Shown: positions 7,825 through 15,711 of the stretch, one piece after another
How the letters are laid out: each line of letters opens with the position of its first letter
Position numbering within the stretch: position 1 is the stretch's first letter
Assembly: GCF_042660085.1 (NCBI RefSeq)
Contig: NZ_JBHSTI010000058.1
Span: 1-32,000 of the forward strand
Direction: 5' to 3'
DNA: 32,000 bases
Source of the DNA: Longivirga aurantiaca
GTDB lineage: Bacteria > Actinomycetota > Actinomycetes > S36-B12 > CAIYMF01
Program-made: the position numbers and the translations under genes
Notes under the pieces: model-generated
Database searches by the model: none
Seen by the model: the letters and a program-made list of their open reading frames with translations, nothing else
Told to the model about the DNA's origin: nothing

Positions 7825-8718
7825 ATGGGTGAGGTTGTCGGAGCGGGGCTGCTGTCCCACGTGCCCACGATCATGGCTCCGCTCGAGGAGCGGCTCGCGC
7901 TCAACGGCGGCAAGGAGATCTCGCTCGTCCCCGCCCTGCACCGGCTGCGCGCGGAGAAGTTCGAGCAGCTCGACTACGACACCGTGATCGTCCTCGACTC
8001 GCACTGGTTCACCACGGTCGAGTTCATCGTGACCTCGCAGGACCTCCGCGCAGGCCTGTTCACGGCCGAGGAGCTCCCGCGCGGAATGTGCCGCATCCCG
8101 TACGAGTGGAAGGGCGACCGCGAGCTCGCCGAGGCGATCGCGGCCGAGGGCGAGCCGGCCGGCACCTGGATCACCGCGATCGACGACCCGTACCTCCCGC
8201 TGTACTACCCGTCGATCAACCTCTGGTCGTACCTCGGCAAGGGCATGGACAAGCAGTGGATCTCGATCTCGGTCTGCCAGACCGGTGAGACCGACGACTT
8301 CCTGCGCGTCGGGCGCGCCATCCGCGCCGCGATTGAGAAGACCGACCGCAAGGTGATCATCATCGCGACCGGCTCGATGTCGCACACGTTCTACAAGCTC
8401 AAGGAGCTGCGCAAGCACGAGAGCAGCGACCCGTCGCACATCATCACCCAGAAGGCGCGCGACATGGATCACGAGCGCCTCGAGTGGTTCTTCGAGGGCC
8501 GTCACGACCGCGTCCTCGAGACGATGCCGGAGTTCCTCGCCGTGCGCCCGGAGGGCATGTTCGCCCACTACCTCATGATGGCTGCGGCGCTCGGTGAGGA
8601 CGACTTCAGCGCACCCGGGGTCCAGTACGGCGACTACGAGAACGCCATCGGCACCAGCCAGGTCCACGTGTGGTTCGACCGGCCCGAGGCCGGCTGGACC
8701 GCGCCCCGAACCACCTGA
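7825..8718 (+). CDS. hpaD: LigB-type (class III) extradiol dioxygenase, 3,4-dihydroxyphenylacetate 2,3-dioxygenase-like
   Basis: 297 aa. The ATG is 1 nt after the hpaE-like stop. The N-terminus MGEVVGAGLLSHVPTIM...DTVIVLDSHW and the later ATGSMSH match the layout of HpaD/HpcB as I recall it. Confidence 0.75.
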   Translation: MGEVVGAGLLSHVPTIMAPLEERLALNGGKEISLVPALHRLRAEKFEQLDYDTVIVLDSHWFTTVEFIVTSQDLRAGLFTAEELPRGMCRIPYEWKGDRELAEAIAAEGEPAGTWITAIDDPYLPLYYPSINLWSYLGKGMDKQWISISVCQTGETDDFLRVGRAIRAAIEKTDRKVIIIATGSMSHTFYKLKELRKHESSDPSHIITQKARDMDHERLEWFFEGRHDRVLETMPEFLAVRPEGMFAHYLMMAAALGEDDFSAPGVQYGDYENAIGTSQVHVWFDRPEAGWTAPRTT

Positions 8719-8809
8719 CCGACGTACGACGCGACGGCGCCCTCACCGGGGGCGCCGTCCGTGCATCCCGACGCACCACCCGCGCTGCCTGAGAACCCTG
8801 GGAGAGAAC

Positions 8810-9685
8810 GTGACCGAGTACCGCCGGATCCTGCTCGAGGGCAGCGCCGTCCAGGTCGTGCGCCACGGCGACACGCTCGTCGCCGCCGACGGCCGCGAGG
8901 TGGGGGTCGAGGATGCGATCCACCTGCCGCCGTCGGAGCCGACGAAGATCATCGCGGTGCACCTGAACTACGACAGCCGCACGCAGGAGTTCATGACCAA
9001 GCTGCCGCCGGCGCCGACGTACTTCCACAAGCCGATCACGGCGATCAACAGCCACAAGGGCGCCGTCGTGCGGCCCGAGGGCTGCCGCTGGCTCAACTAC
9101 GAGGGCGAGATCGTCATCGTCATCGGGCGCACCTGCCGCAACGTGTCGCCGGCCGAGGCGGGCGACTACATCGCCGGCTACACCGTCGGCAACGACTACG
9201 GCCTGCACGACTTCCGCGACACCGACGCAGGCTCGATGCTGCGCGTGAAGGGGTCCGACACCCTCGCGCCGGTGGGCCCGGGCCTCGTCACCGACTGGGA
9301 CTTCCGCGGCAAGCAGATCCGCACCCTCGTCAACGGCGCCGTCGTCCAGGACGACACGACCGACGGCATGGAGTGGGACATGAACTACCTCGTCGCCGAC
9401 CTCGCCCGCACGATCACGCTCGTGCCCGGCGATCTCATCTACTCCGGTACGCCGGCCAACTCGCGACCGGTCGTCCCCGGCGACGTCGTCGAGGTGGAGG
9501 TGGAGGGCCTCGGGAGGCTCACGAACCACATCGTCACCGGCCCGACCCCGATCCGCACCGACGTCGGCGCGCAGCCGACCGAGAGCGAGGAGGTCGTCTC
9601 CACGGCCCTCGGCGGCGACTGGGAGTTCCGCGGCATCCGCACCCCGTCCAAGGACCTCTACCCGAGCACCGTCCAGGAGAAGTAG
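8810..9685 (+). CDS. hpaG: Fumarylacetoacetate hydrolase family protein (HpaG/HpcE-like isomerase/decarboxylase)
   Basis: 291 aa from GTG 8810, with GGGAGAG just upstream. FAH-fold signature KIIAVHLNY...NYEGEIVIVIGR...GYTVGNDYGLHDF...GDLIYSGTP. The part of listed ORF 8594 upstream of 8810 overlaps hpaD in another frame. Confidence 0.8.
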   Translation: MTEYRRILLEGSAVQVVRHGDTLVAADGREVGVEDAIHLPPSEPTKIIAVHLNYDSRTQEFMTKLPPAPTYFHKPITAINSHKGAVVRPEGCRWLNYEGEIVIVIGRTCRNVSPAEAGDYIAGYTVGNDYGLHDFRDTDAGSMLRVKGSDTLAPVGPGLVTDWDFRGKQIRTLVNGAVVQDDTTDGMEWDMNYLVADLARTITLVPGDLIYSGTPANSRPVVPGDVVEVEVEGLGRLTNHIVTGPTPIRTDVGAQPTESEEVVSTALGGDWEFRGIRTPSKDLYPSTVQEK

Positions 9686-9708
9686 CCCCCGCAGCCCGCT
9701 GAAGGACG

Positions 9709-9770
9709 CGAGTTACTGCCCAAATGCACGCTGAACGACGCCGCTCAACGAGCATTTGGGCAGTAACTCG
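9709..9770. repeat. Perfect 19-bp inverted repeat, CGAGTTACTGCCCAAATGC - 24 nt - GCATTTGGGCAGTAACTCG; hairpin, terminator or operator
   Basis: Read directly from the sequence. It is AT-rich for this genome and fills most of the 106-bp gap between the hpaG-like and LLM genes. The RBS and ATG of the LLM gene follow directly. Confidence 0.6.
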
Positions 9771-9791
9771 AGGAAGAAGGGGTAGGGCGGG

Positions 9792-10727
9792 ATGGCGGAC
9801 GTGCGGTGGCTCATGGTGCTCACCGAGAACGAGGCGATCCTCGACCCGCGCGACCTCGGGGCGCTGGTCGACCTCGCGGCGACCGCCGGGGCGAACGGCG
9901 TCGACGGCGTCCAGGTCTCCGAGCACGTCGTGCTCGGGCGCGACTCAGGTGCTGCAGGCGAGATGCACAACCCGCGCGACTACGCCGCGCCCGGCAACCA
10001 GTCGCCGACGTACCCCTGGCCCAGCAGCATCGTGCTCATGTCGGCCATCGCGCAGGCGACGTCCAGCCTGCGCCTGGTCGCCGGCGCGATCATCGCCCCG
10101 CTGCGCCACCCGCTGCTGCTGGCCAAGGAGCTCGGCACCCTCGACCTGCTCTCCGAGGGGCGCCTCGTCGTGCTGCCGACGGTGAGCTGGTCGAAGGACG
10201 AGTACGCCGCCCTCGGGGTGCCCTTCGCCGAGCGCGGCCGGATCCTCGACGAGCAGCTCGAGGTGCTCGCGAAGTCGTGGGGCCCGTTCCCGATCAGCCA
10301 CGACGGACCGCGGTTCCCGTTCACCGACGTCTGGCTGGAGCCGGGCGCCCACTCGTCGGCGGGCCCGCCGTTCTGGTTCGGCGGCCAGGGGATGCCGCCG
10401 CACGTCGTACGCCGCATCGCGCGCTACGGCAGCGGCCTCAACCCCTTCGGCCGTCTCACCGACGCCGACATGGCAGCGCTCGCGACGGGTATGCGCGAGG
10501 TCGGACGCGACATCGCCGAGCTCGAGCTCGTCGGCGGCATCCAGGGCGCGTTCACCGGGCCGGACGACGTCGCCGACGTCGACGTCGCGCTCGCCGACCT
10601 GCCCCGCCAGCTCGAGCAGGGCTTCACCACGATCTGCTTCAAGCCGTCGATGTTCGTCCGCAGCGTCGACGAGGTGCCTGCGCTCTGCCGCCACCTCGTC
10701 GCCGAGGGCGCCCGCCTCACGGCCTGA
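9792..10727 (+). CDS. LLM-class (luciferase-like) F420-dependent oxidoreductase
   Basis: 311 aa. Typical LLM/TIGR03619-like sequence (RLVAGAIIAPLRHPLLLAKELGTLDLLSEGRLVVLPTVSWSKDEY...FWFGG). Confidence 0.75.
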   Translation: MADVRWLMVLTENEAILDPRDLGALVDLAATAGANGVDGVQVSEHVVLGRDSGAAGEMHNPRDYAAPGNQSPTYPWPSSIVLMSAIAQATSSLRLVAGAIIAPLRHPLLLAKELGTLDLLSEGRLVVLPTVSWSKDEYAALGVPFAERGRILDEQLEVLAKSWGPFPISHDGPRFPFTDVWLEPGAHSSAGPPFWFGGQGMPPHVVRRIARYGSGLNPFGRLTDADMAALATGMREVGRDIAELELVGGIQGAFTGPDDVADVDVALADLPRQLEQGFTTICFKPSMFVRSVDEVPALCRHLVAEGARLTA

Positions 10728-10763
10728 CGGCGACGGTCGATCGGGGCGCGTGAGGCTCGCCGC

Positions 10764-13400
10764 TCAGCCGGTGTTCTGCAGCCCGGCGGCCGAAGCGTTC
10801 ACCGCGAGCAGGAGCACGCTGCGCCACGGCGTGCTCTCGCCGTCGGTCCGCACATGTGTCAGGGCGCGCAGCTCCAGCCGCGACAGAGCGTCGACGAAGG
10901 GCGCCCGAGCGGTCACGGTCGCGGCCAGGACCCGCTTGCGCTCCAGCAGCTCGGACTGCCCCATCACGTCGAGCACCAGGGAACGGGTGAGGTCCATCTC
11001 GGCCAGGATCTGCTCGGTGATGTCGCTGCGACCTCCGAGGCTGAGGAACAGCGAGGCGAGCATGCGGTTGCTCTTCGCCAGGCTCATCTCGGCGACGTCG
11101 AGCAGCGCGGCCATCAGCGGCCACTCACGGTAGGCGCGCTGCAGGAGCTCGATGTCCCCCACAGCCGACAGGCCCGACCCGATGCCGTACCAGCCCGGAA
11201 GGTTCGCCCGCGTCTGGCTCCAGGCGAAGACCCACGGGATGGCCCGCAGGTCCGACAGCGACCGACCGGACTCGGCGCCGCTGCGCCGCACGGGGCGGGA
11301 TCCGAGCCGCAGCTCGCCGATCTCCTCCAGCGGGCTGGCGTCGGCCAGGACGTCGGCGAAGCCGGGAGTCTCGACCAGCCGTCGGTACTCCTCGCGGGAC
11401 GCCCGCTCCACCGTGGCAGCGAGGTCGGCGTACCGCTGGGCGGCCGAGGCGTTGCGCTCGGCCACGGCGGCGGTGTCCGCCAGCAGCACCGCCGTCGTCA
11501 TCCGCTCGAGGTGGCGCTGGGCCACCGTCGTGTCCCCGTAGCGGGCGAAGATCACCTCGCCCTGCTCGGTGACCTTCAGCCGGCCGTCGACCGACCCCGG
11601 GGGCTGCGCCGTCACCGCGCGGTGGAGCGGCCCGCCGCCGCGTCCCAGCGAGCCGCCCCGACCGTGGAACAGCGTCAGCCCGACCGCATGGCGCCCTGCC
11701 CACGCCACCAGTCGGCTCTGCGCCTCGGACAGCGCGATCGTCGCCGCAGCAGGTCCGACATCCTTGGCGGAGTCGGAGTAGCCGAGCATGACCTCGACGG
11801 CTCGACCGGTGCCGGCGAGCCAGTCCTGGGTCGATCGGAGCGGCAGCCACCCGTCGAGGACCGCGGTGGCCCCGTGCAGGTCCTCACCGGTCTCGAACAG
11901 CGGGACGACGTCGAGCCGCAACGGACGGTCGCCCACCGCGAGCCGCGCCAGCGCGCGCACCGCGACCAGGTGCGCCGACGTCTGGCTGAACGAGACGACG
12001 TACCGGCCGCATGACCGCTGACCCCACCGGCTCTGCAGCCACTCCAGCACGCGCAGCGTGTCGAGCACCTCGGCCGCACGGTCCGAGCGGGCCACGACGC
12101 CCTCCGGCCAGCCGTCGGTGGCCAGCCCGTCGAGGAACGCCTCGTCGTCCGCCGCGGCCGCGGCGTCGTGCACGCCAGGCAGCTGGCCGATGAGCTCGAT
12201 GAGGGCCTCTCGGTGGATCGCCGAGTGCTGCCGCACCTCGAGCTCGGCCAGGTGGAAGCCGAACGTCTCCACGACCCAGATGACGTGCTGCAGCTCCCCG
12301 TTCGCGGCCCGCGCGGCACCCGCCTGCTGCAGCGACTCCTGCACGAGCCGCAGGTCGTCGAGCAGCTGCTCGGGGCCGGTGTAGGAGTGCTCGGTGAGGC
12401 CGGCGCGGGTGGCACGGATGCGCTCGGCCATGACGAGGAGCTTCTGACGGTGGGGCTCCCCAGGGCTGGCCAGCCGGATCTGCGACATGCGGTCGGGCAT
12501 GCCCACCGCGTCCCGTGCCAGCGACTCCTGCAGCGCCCGGGAGGGCGCGGTGTCCGACTCGTCCTCGGTCAGGGTGCGTCCCACGCGTTCCACCGCGTCG
12601 AGCAGGGCCGCGAGCGCGTGCTCCGCCTGCAGCGCCATCGCCTGACGGGTGACATCGGCGGTCACGTAGGGGTTGCCGTCGCGGTCGCCACCGACCCAGG
12701 ACCCGAACCGGACGAAGGCCGGGACCGGTGTCGGGATGGCGCCGCTGCGCTCGCCCACCAGCGCCACCTCCGTCGCGCGGTACAGCCGCGGAACGGCGCG
12801 GACGAGCGTCTGGTCGAACACCGTGAGGACCGTGCGGACCTCGTCCAACGGGCCGGGCCGTGTCGTGCGCAAGGAGGACGTCCGCTGCAGCGTCTCGATC
12901 TCCTCGAGCAGGCGACGTCGGGCCACCCATCGCTCGGCCGCACCCACGCGTGGGTCGTCGTGCCGTGCCAGCTGGTCCGCCACCCGCCGCACCGCCGTCG
13001 CGACTGCACGGCGTCGTGCCTCCGTCGGGTGGGCGGTGAGGACGGGGTGGATGCGCAGACGGCCCAGGACCTCCTGCGTGCCCTCCGCCGTCGCCGACAC
13101 GACGGCGGGCCACAGCTCGTCGCCGAAGTCGGCGTCAGGCGCCGCCGGCTGCTCGTGCTGGATGGCGCGGGCACGCTCGCGCTCGTCGGCCAGGTTGGAC
13201 AGGTGCAGGCGCACCGCGAGCGCGCGGGCGAGACTGCCGGAATCCTCCGGCCCGAGCGCGTCGATGGCGGTCTCCGCCGCCGCGGGGTCCGCGGTGATCT
13301 GCTCGAGAAGCAGGGCGATGTCCGCGGCGCCGGACTCGCGCAGGACCTGGTCGTGTAGCGTCGACAGCAGGTGCAGGTCGGCTGCCAGCAGCTCGGCCAC
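10764..13400 (-). CDS. ppc: Phosphoenolpyruvate carboxylase
   Basis: 878 aa. PEPC motifs VLTAHPTE and GYSDSAKD, the FHGRGGSLGRGGGP loop and the invariant C-terminal QNTG. GTG start with GGGAGG 6 nt upstream. Confidence 0.95.
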   Translation of the reverse strand: MAELLAADLHLLSTLHDQVLRESGAADIALLLEQITADPAAAETAIDALGPEDSGSLARALAVRLHLSNLADERERARAIQHEQPAAPDADFGDELWPAVVSATAEGTQEVLGRLRIHPVLTAHPTEARRRAVATAVRRVADQLARHDDPRVGAAERWVARRRLLEEIETLQRTSSLRTTRPGPLDEVRTVLTVFDQTLVRAVPRLYRATEVALVGERSGAIPTPVPAFVRFGSWVGGDRDGNPYVTADVTRQAMALQAEHALAALLDAVERVGRTLTEDESDTAPSRALQESLARDAVGMPDRMSQIRLASPGEPHRQKLLVMAERIRATRAGLTEHSYTGPEQLLDDLRLVQESLQQAGAARAANGELQHVIWVVETFGFHLAELEVRQHSAIHREALIELIGQLPGVHDAAAAADDEAFLDGLATDGWPEGVVARSDRAAEVLDTLRVLEWLQSRWGQRSCGRYVVSFSQTSAHLVAVRALARLAVGDRPLRLDVVPLFETGEDLHGATAVLDGWLPLRSTQDWLAGTGRAVEVMLGYSDSAKDVGPAAATIALSEAQSRLVAWAGRHAVGLTLFHGRGGSLGRGGGPLHRAVTAQPPGSVDGRLKVTEQGEVIFARYGDTTVAQRHLERMTTAVLLADTAAVAERNASAAQRYADLAATVERASREEYRRLVETPGFADVLADASPLEEIGELRLGSRPVRRSGAESGRSLSDLRAIPWVFAWSQTRANLPGWYGIGSGLSAVGDIELLQRAYREWPLMAALLDVAEMSLAKSNRMLASLFLSLGGRSDITEQILAEMDLTRSLVLDVMGQSELLERKRVLAATVTARAPFVDALSRLELRALTHVRTDGESTPWRSVLLLAVNASAAGLQNTG

Positions 13401-13504
13401 CTCGGTCCTCCCACGGTCCGGATCGAGCGAAGCAAGTTTCCGGTATCACCCTACGTGAGTCAGAGTCAGGGCATGGTCGTATCCGATGCCGTCGTGACGG
13501 ACGG

Positions 13505-13540
13505 CACGAGGCCCCGGACCGTGCGGTCCGGGGCCTCGTG
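13505..13540 (-). terminator. Intrinsic-terminator-like hairpin (16-bp perfect stem, 4-nt loop) downstream of the permease gene
   Basis: CACGAGGCCCCGGACC-gtgc-GGTCCGGGGCCTCGTG lies 14 nt beyond the permease stop (13554). Confidence 0.6.
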
Positions 13541-13553
13541 GGTGCGCTGGCGA

Positions 13554-15080
13554 TCAGCTGACGAGGTCGGCGATCGCGTCCTCGTTCTCGTCCGTCAGGC
13601 GGAGCTTGCCCACCAGCAGGCCGAGGGCGAACATCGCGAACGGCGTCAGCACGAGGATCCAGCCGGTGGCGTTGAGGCCCCACGGCGTCACGGTCGGGTC
13701 GACCCCCTCCGCGACCGTGCCCGCGAGCAGGCCGAAGCGCGAGGCCAGCAGCCACATGCCCACGGTCAGGCCGATGATCGAGAGCAGCGGAGCGATGACC
13801 GATGCCCACACCCCGACGTCTCCACGATGGCGGGAGAAGAACGCCACGACCGCGAGCGACACGAGGATCTCGACGAAGACGATGGCGAGCACCGCAAGGC
13901 CGGAGAACCAGTAGAAGAGGTTGAGGATCGGGTCGAGAGCAGCCACCCAGAAGATGACGATCACGACCAGGGAGATCACCGAGGTGACCAGGGTGCCGGC
14001 CCAGGGGGCGCCGCGGCCGTTCACACGGTCGAGCGAGGTCGGCAGAACACCGGAGCGGCCCATGGCGTAGAAGTAGCGCGCGGCGGAGTTCTGGAACGCC
14101 AGCAGGCCCGCGAACAGCGACGAGATGACCAGCCAGCTCATGAGGTCGACGATCCAGGTGCCGACGTACTGCTCGGCCACCGCGAACAGGACGCCTGCCG
14201 GATTGGCGAGCGGCACGCCCTCGACCGTGGAGAGCTCGACGGTCCGGTCGATCACGGTCGAGGCCCCGAGGCCGGTGACGACGGCGAACGCGGTGAAGCC
14301 GAACACGATGGTGATGGTGATGACCGCCAGGTACGTCGCCCGCGGCACCGTGCGGTGCGGGTCCTTGGCCTCCTCGCCGTAGATGGCGGTGGCCTCGAAG
14401 CCGATGTAGGAGGCGAAGGCGAAGGCGAGCGCGATGCCCGCGGTGCTCGCAAGCCCTCCGGCGAAGATGTTGGCCGGCGCGAACGAGGCGCCGAGGTCGA
14501 TGCCCTCGGGCTTGTCGGAGGAGAAGAAGACGGCGAAGCCGGTGACGACCAGCGACAGGAGCTCGAGGGACATCAGGACGCCGAGGAGCTTGGCACCGAC
14601 GTCGACCGAGAGTGCTGAGAGGCCGAGCACGAGGGCCCAGGCGATGAGCGTCCAGGCGTACCACGGCAGGTCGATGCCGAACTTCGCCTTCATCTCGCCT
14701 GACACCAGGCCGCCGAAGAACCCGAAGATCGCGAGCTGGACGGCGAGATATGCGACCAGCGACACGAACGCCGAGCCGACGCCGGGGATGATCCCGAGGC
14801 CCCGCCCGACGTAGGCGAAGAAGGCCCCGACGTTGGTCACGCGGCTCGCCATAGCGGCGTAGCCGACGCTGAACAGCAGCAGGACGAGGCCGACGACGAC
14901 GTAGGCGCCGGGGGCCGCGGCACCGTTGCCGAGGACGATGGCGACCGGGACGGCGCCGGTCATGCCGACGAGCGGTGCGGCTGCGGCGACGACGAAGAAC
15001 ACGATGCCGAGGACGCCGAGGCGTCCGTGGTGCAGCGCGGTCTCCGGGGTCTCCTGCGGCGGGGGCTGGAGCTGGGTCAT
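13554..15080 (-). CDS. APC superfamily amino acid/amine permease
   Basis: 508 aa, about 12 TM helices. The N-terminus GVLGIVFFVVAAAAPLVGMTG is typical of the APC family. GAGGAGAG RBS before the ATG. Confidence 0.9.
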   Translation of the reverse strand: MTQLQPPPQETPETALHHGRLGVLGIVFFVVAAAAPLVGMTGAVPVAIVLGNGAAAPGAYVVVGLVLLLFSVGYAAMASRVTNVGAFFAYVGRGLGIIPGVGSAFVSLVAYLAVQLAIFGFFGGLVSGEMKAKFGIDLPWYAWTLIAWALVLGLSALSVDVGAKLLGVLMSLELLSLVVTGFAVFFSSDKPEGIDLGASFAPANIFAGGLASTAGIALAFAFASYIGFEATAIYGEEAKDPHRTVPRATYLAVITITIVFGFTAFAVVTGLGASTVIDRTVELSTVEGVPLANPAGVLFAVAEQYVGTWIVDLMSWLVISSLFAGLLAFQNSAARYFYAMGRSGVLPTSLDRVNGRGAPWAGTLVTSVISLVVIVIFWVAALDPILNLFYWFSGLAVLAIVFVEILVSLAVVAFFSRHRGDVGVWASVIAPLLSIIGLTVGMWLLASRFGLLAGTVAEGVDPTVTPWGLNATGWILVLTPFAMFALGLLVGKLRLTDENEDAIADLVS

Positions 15081-15122
15081 GGCTCTCCTCGTGGCGCCGG
15101 GACTCGGCGAGGTCGGCGGATC

Positions 15123-15139
15123 CGTTCGGATCCGAATGA
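15123..15139. promoter_or_regulatory. Operator-like palindrome, site d: CGTTCGGATCCGAATGA (flanked by two CGGATCCG palindromes at 15117-15124 and 15127-15134)
   Basis: 43 to 59 nt upstream of the permease ATG (15080, minus). 15 of 17 positions match site a1. Confidence 0.5.
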
Positions 15140-15192
15140 CTGCGCAAGAGTGGCGCGTGCCACAGCCCGAGTCAAGGGTTTCGGGGCGATTT

Positions 15193-15216
15193 TGTCCGGG
15201 TGCGAACGACTCTCGT
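15193..15216. promoter_or_regulatory. Motif site e: TGTCCGGGTGCGAACGA, plus extension; the 14-mer CGAACGACTCTCGT is identical to 4779-4792
   Basis: Read directly from the sequence, in the 230-bp non-coding region upstream of the permease gene. Confidence 0.4.
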
Positions 15217-15310
15217 CAGCACGGGTGGGCAGAGTGCGCAATGCAGCCTGCGGCGACGTGCGGAGAGTGACCGAACGTGGTCAGTCGTGCGCGGAGCGGA
15301 ACCGGATGGC

Positions 15311-15637
15311 TCAGGTGCGGCGGGGCGCGTCTGCAGAGGCGAAGAGCGCGAGCAGCTCGCCGACCTCGTGGTCGGCCTCGGCCGGGTGCCGGAACCGCCC
15401 CGCCGGGTGCAGCTCGTAGGTGTTGCGGCGTCCGACCCGGGTGCGGGTCACGAAGCCGGCCTCCTCGAGGTCGCGCACGATCGCCTGGGCGGCGCGCTCG
15501 GTGATCTGGGCGGCGTCGGCGAGGTCGCGCAGCCGTGCGTCGGGGTCGCGCGCGATGAGCAGCAGGACGCGCGCGTGGTTGGTGAGCAGGGTCCAGGAGC
15601 GGGTCGGCGACTCGGAGGGCGGCTGCACGGCGCCCAT
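15311..15637 (-). CDS. Small winged-helix (ArsR/MarR-like) transcriptional regulator
   Basis: 108 aa from the ATG ending at 15637. HTH segment LRDLADAAQITERAAQAIVRDLEEAGFVTRTRVGRRNTYEL. The listed start at 15691 is a TTG inside the operator palindrome and is less likely. Confidence 0.7.
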   Translation of the reverse strand: MGAVQPPSESPTRSWTLLTNHARVLLLIARDPDARLRDLADAAQITERAAQAIVRDLEEAGFVTRTRVGRRNTYELHPAGRFRHPAEADHEVGELLALFASADAPRRT

Positions 15638-15676
15638 TGTGGTCCGTCCATGGGCCACGGCGGAACCGCGACTCGC

Positions 15677-15704
15677 TAGACAGGAAGTCAACTTCCTGTA
15701 TTAT
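15677..15704 (+). promoter_or_regulatory. Candidate dab promoter (-35 TAGACA 15677-15682, -10 TATTAT 15699-15704) with a perfect 9+2+9 palindrome ACAGGAAGT-CA-ACTTCCTGT (15680-15699) filling the spacer
   Basis: Read directly from the sequence. 16-nt spacer. The -10 ends 7 nt before ATG 15712 and there is no Shine-Dalgarno sequence, which suggests a leaderless mRNA repressed at the palindrome. Confidence 0.5.
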
Positions 15705-15711
15705 TCTTCGC

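Noticed and set aside
15150-15175. A sigma-54-like TGGCAC...TTGC element on the minus strand upstream of the permease gene, inside the palindrome GTGGCGCGTGCCAC.
   Set aside because: The spacing between TGGCAC and TTGC is 9 nt rather than the canonical 5. Actinobacteria are generally considered to lack RpoN.
15637-15711. The dab gene starting at the listed ATG 15637.
   Set aside because: This would put the first 25 codons across the divergent regulator's start and the operator palindrome. The ATG at 15712 begins a hydrophobic TM1 directly and is preceded by a -35/-10 pair.
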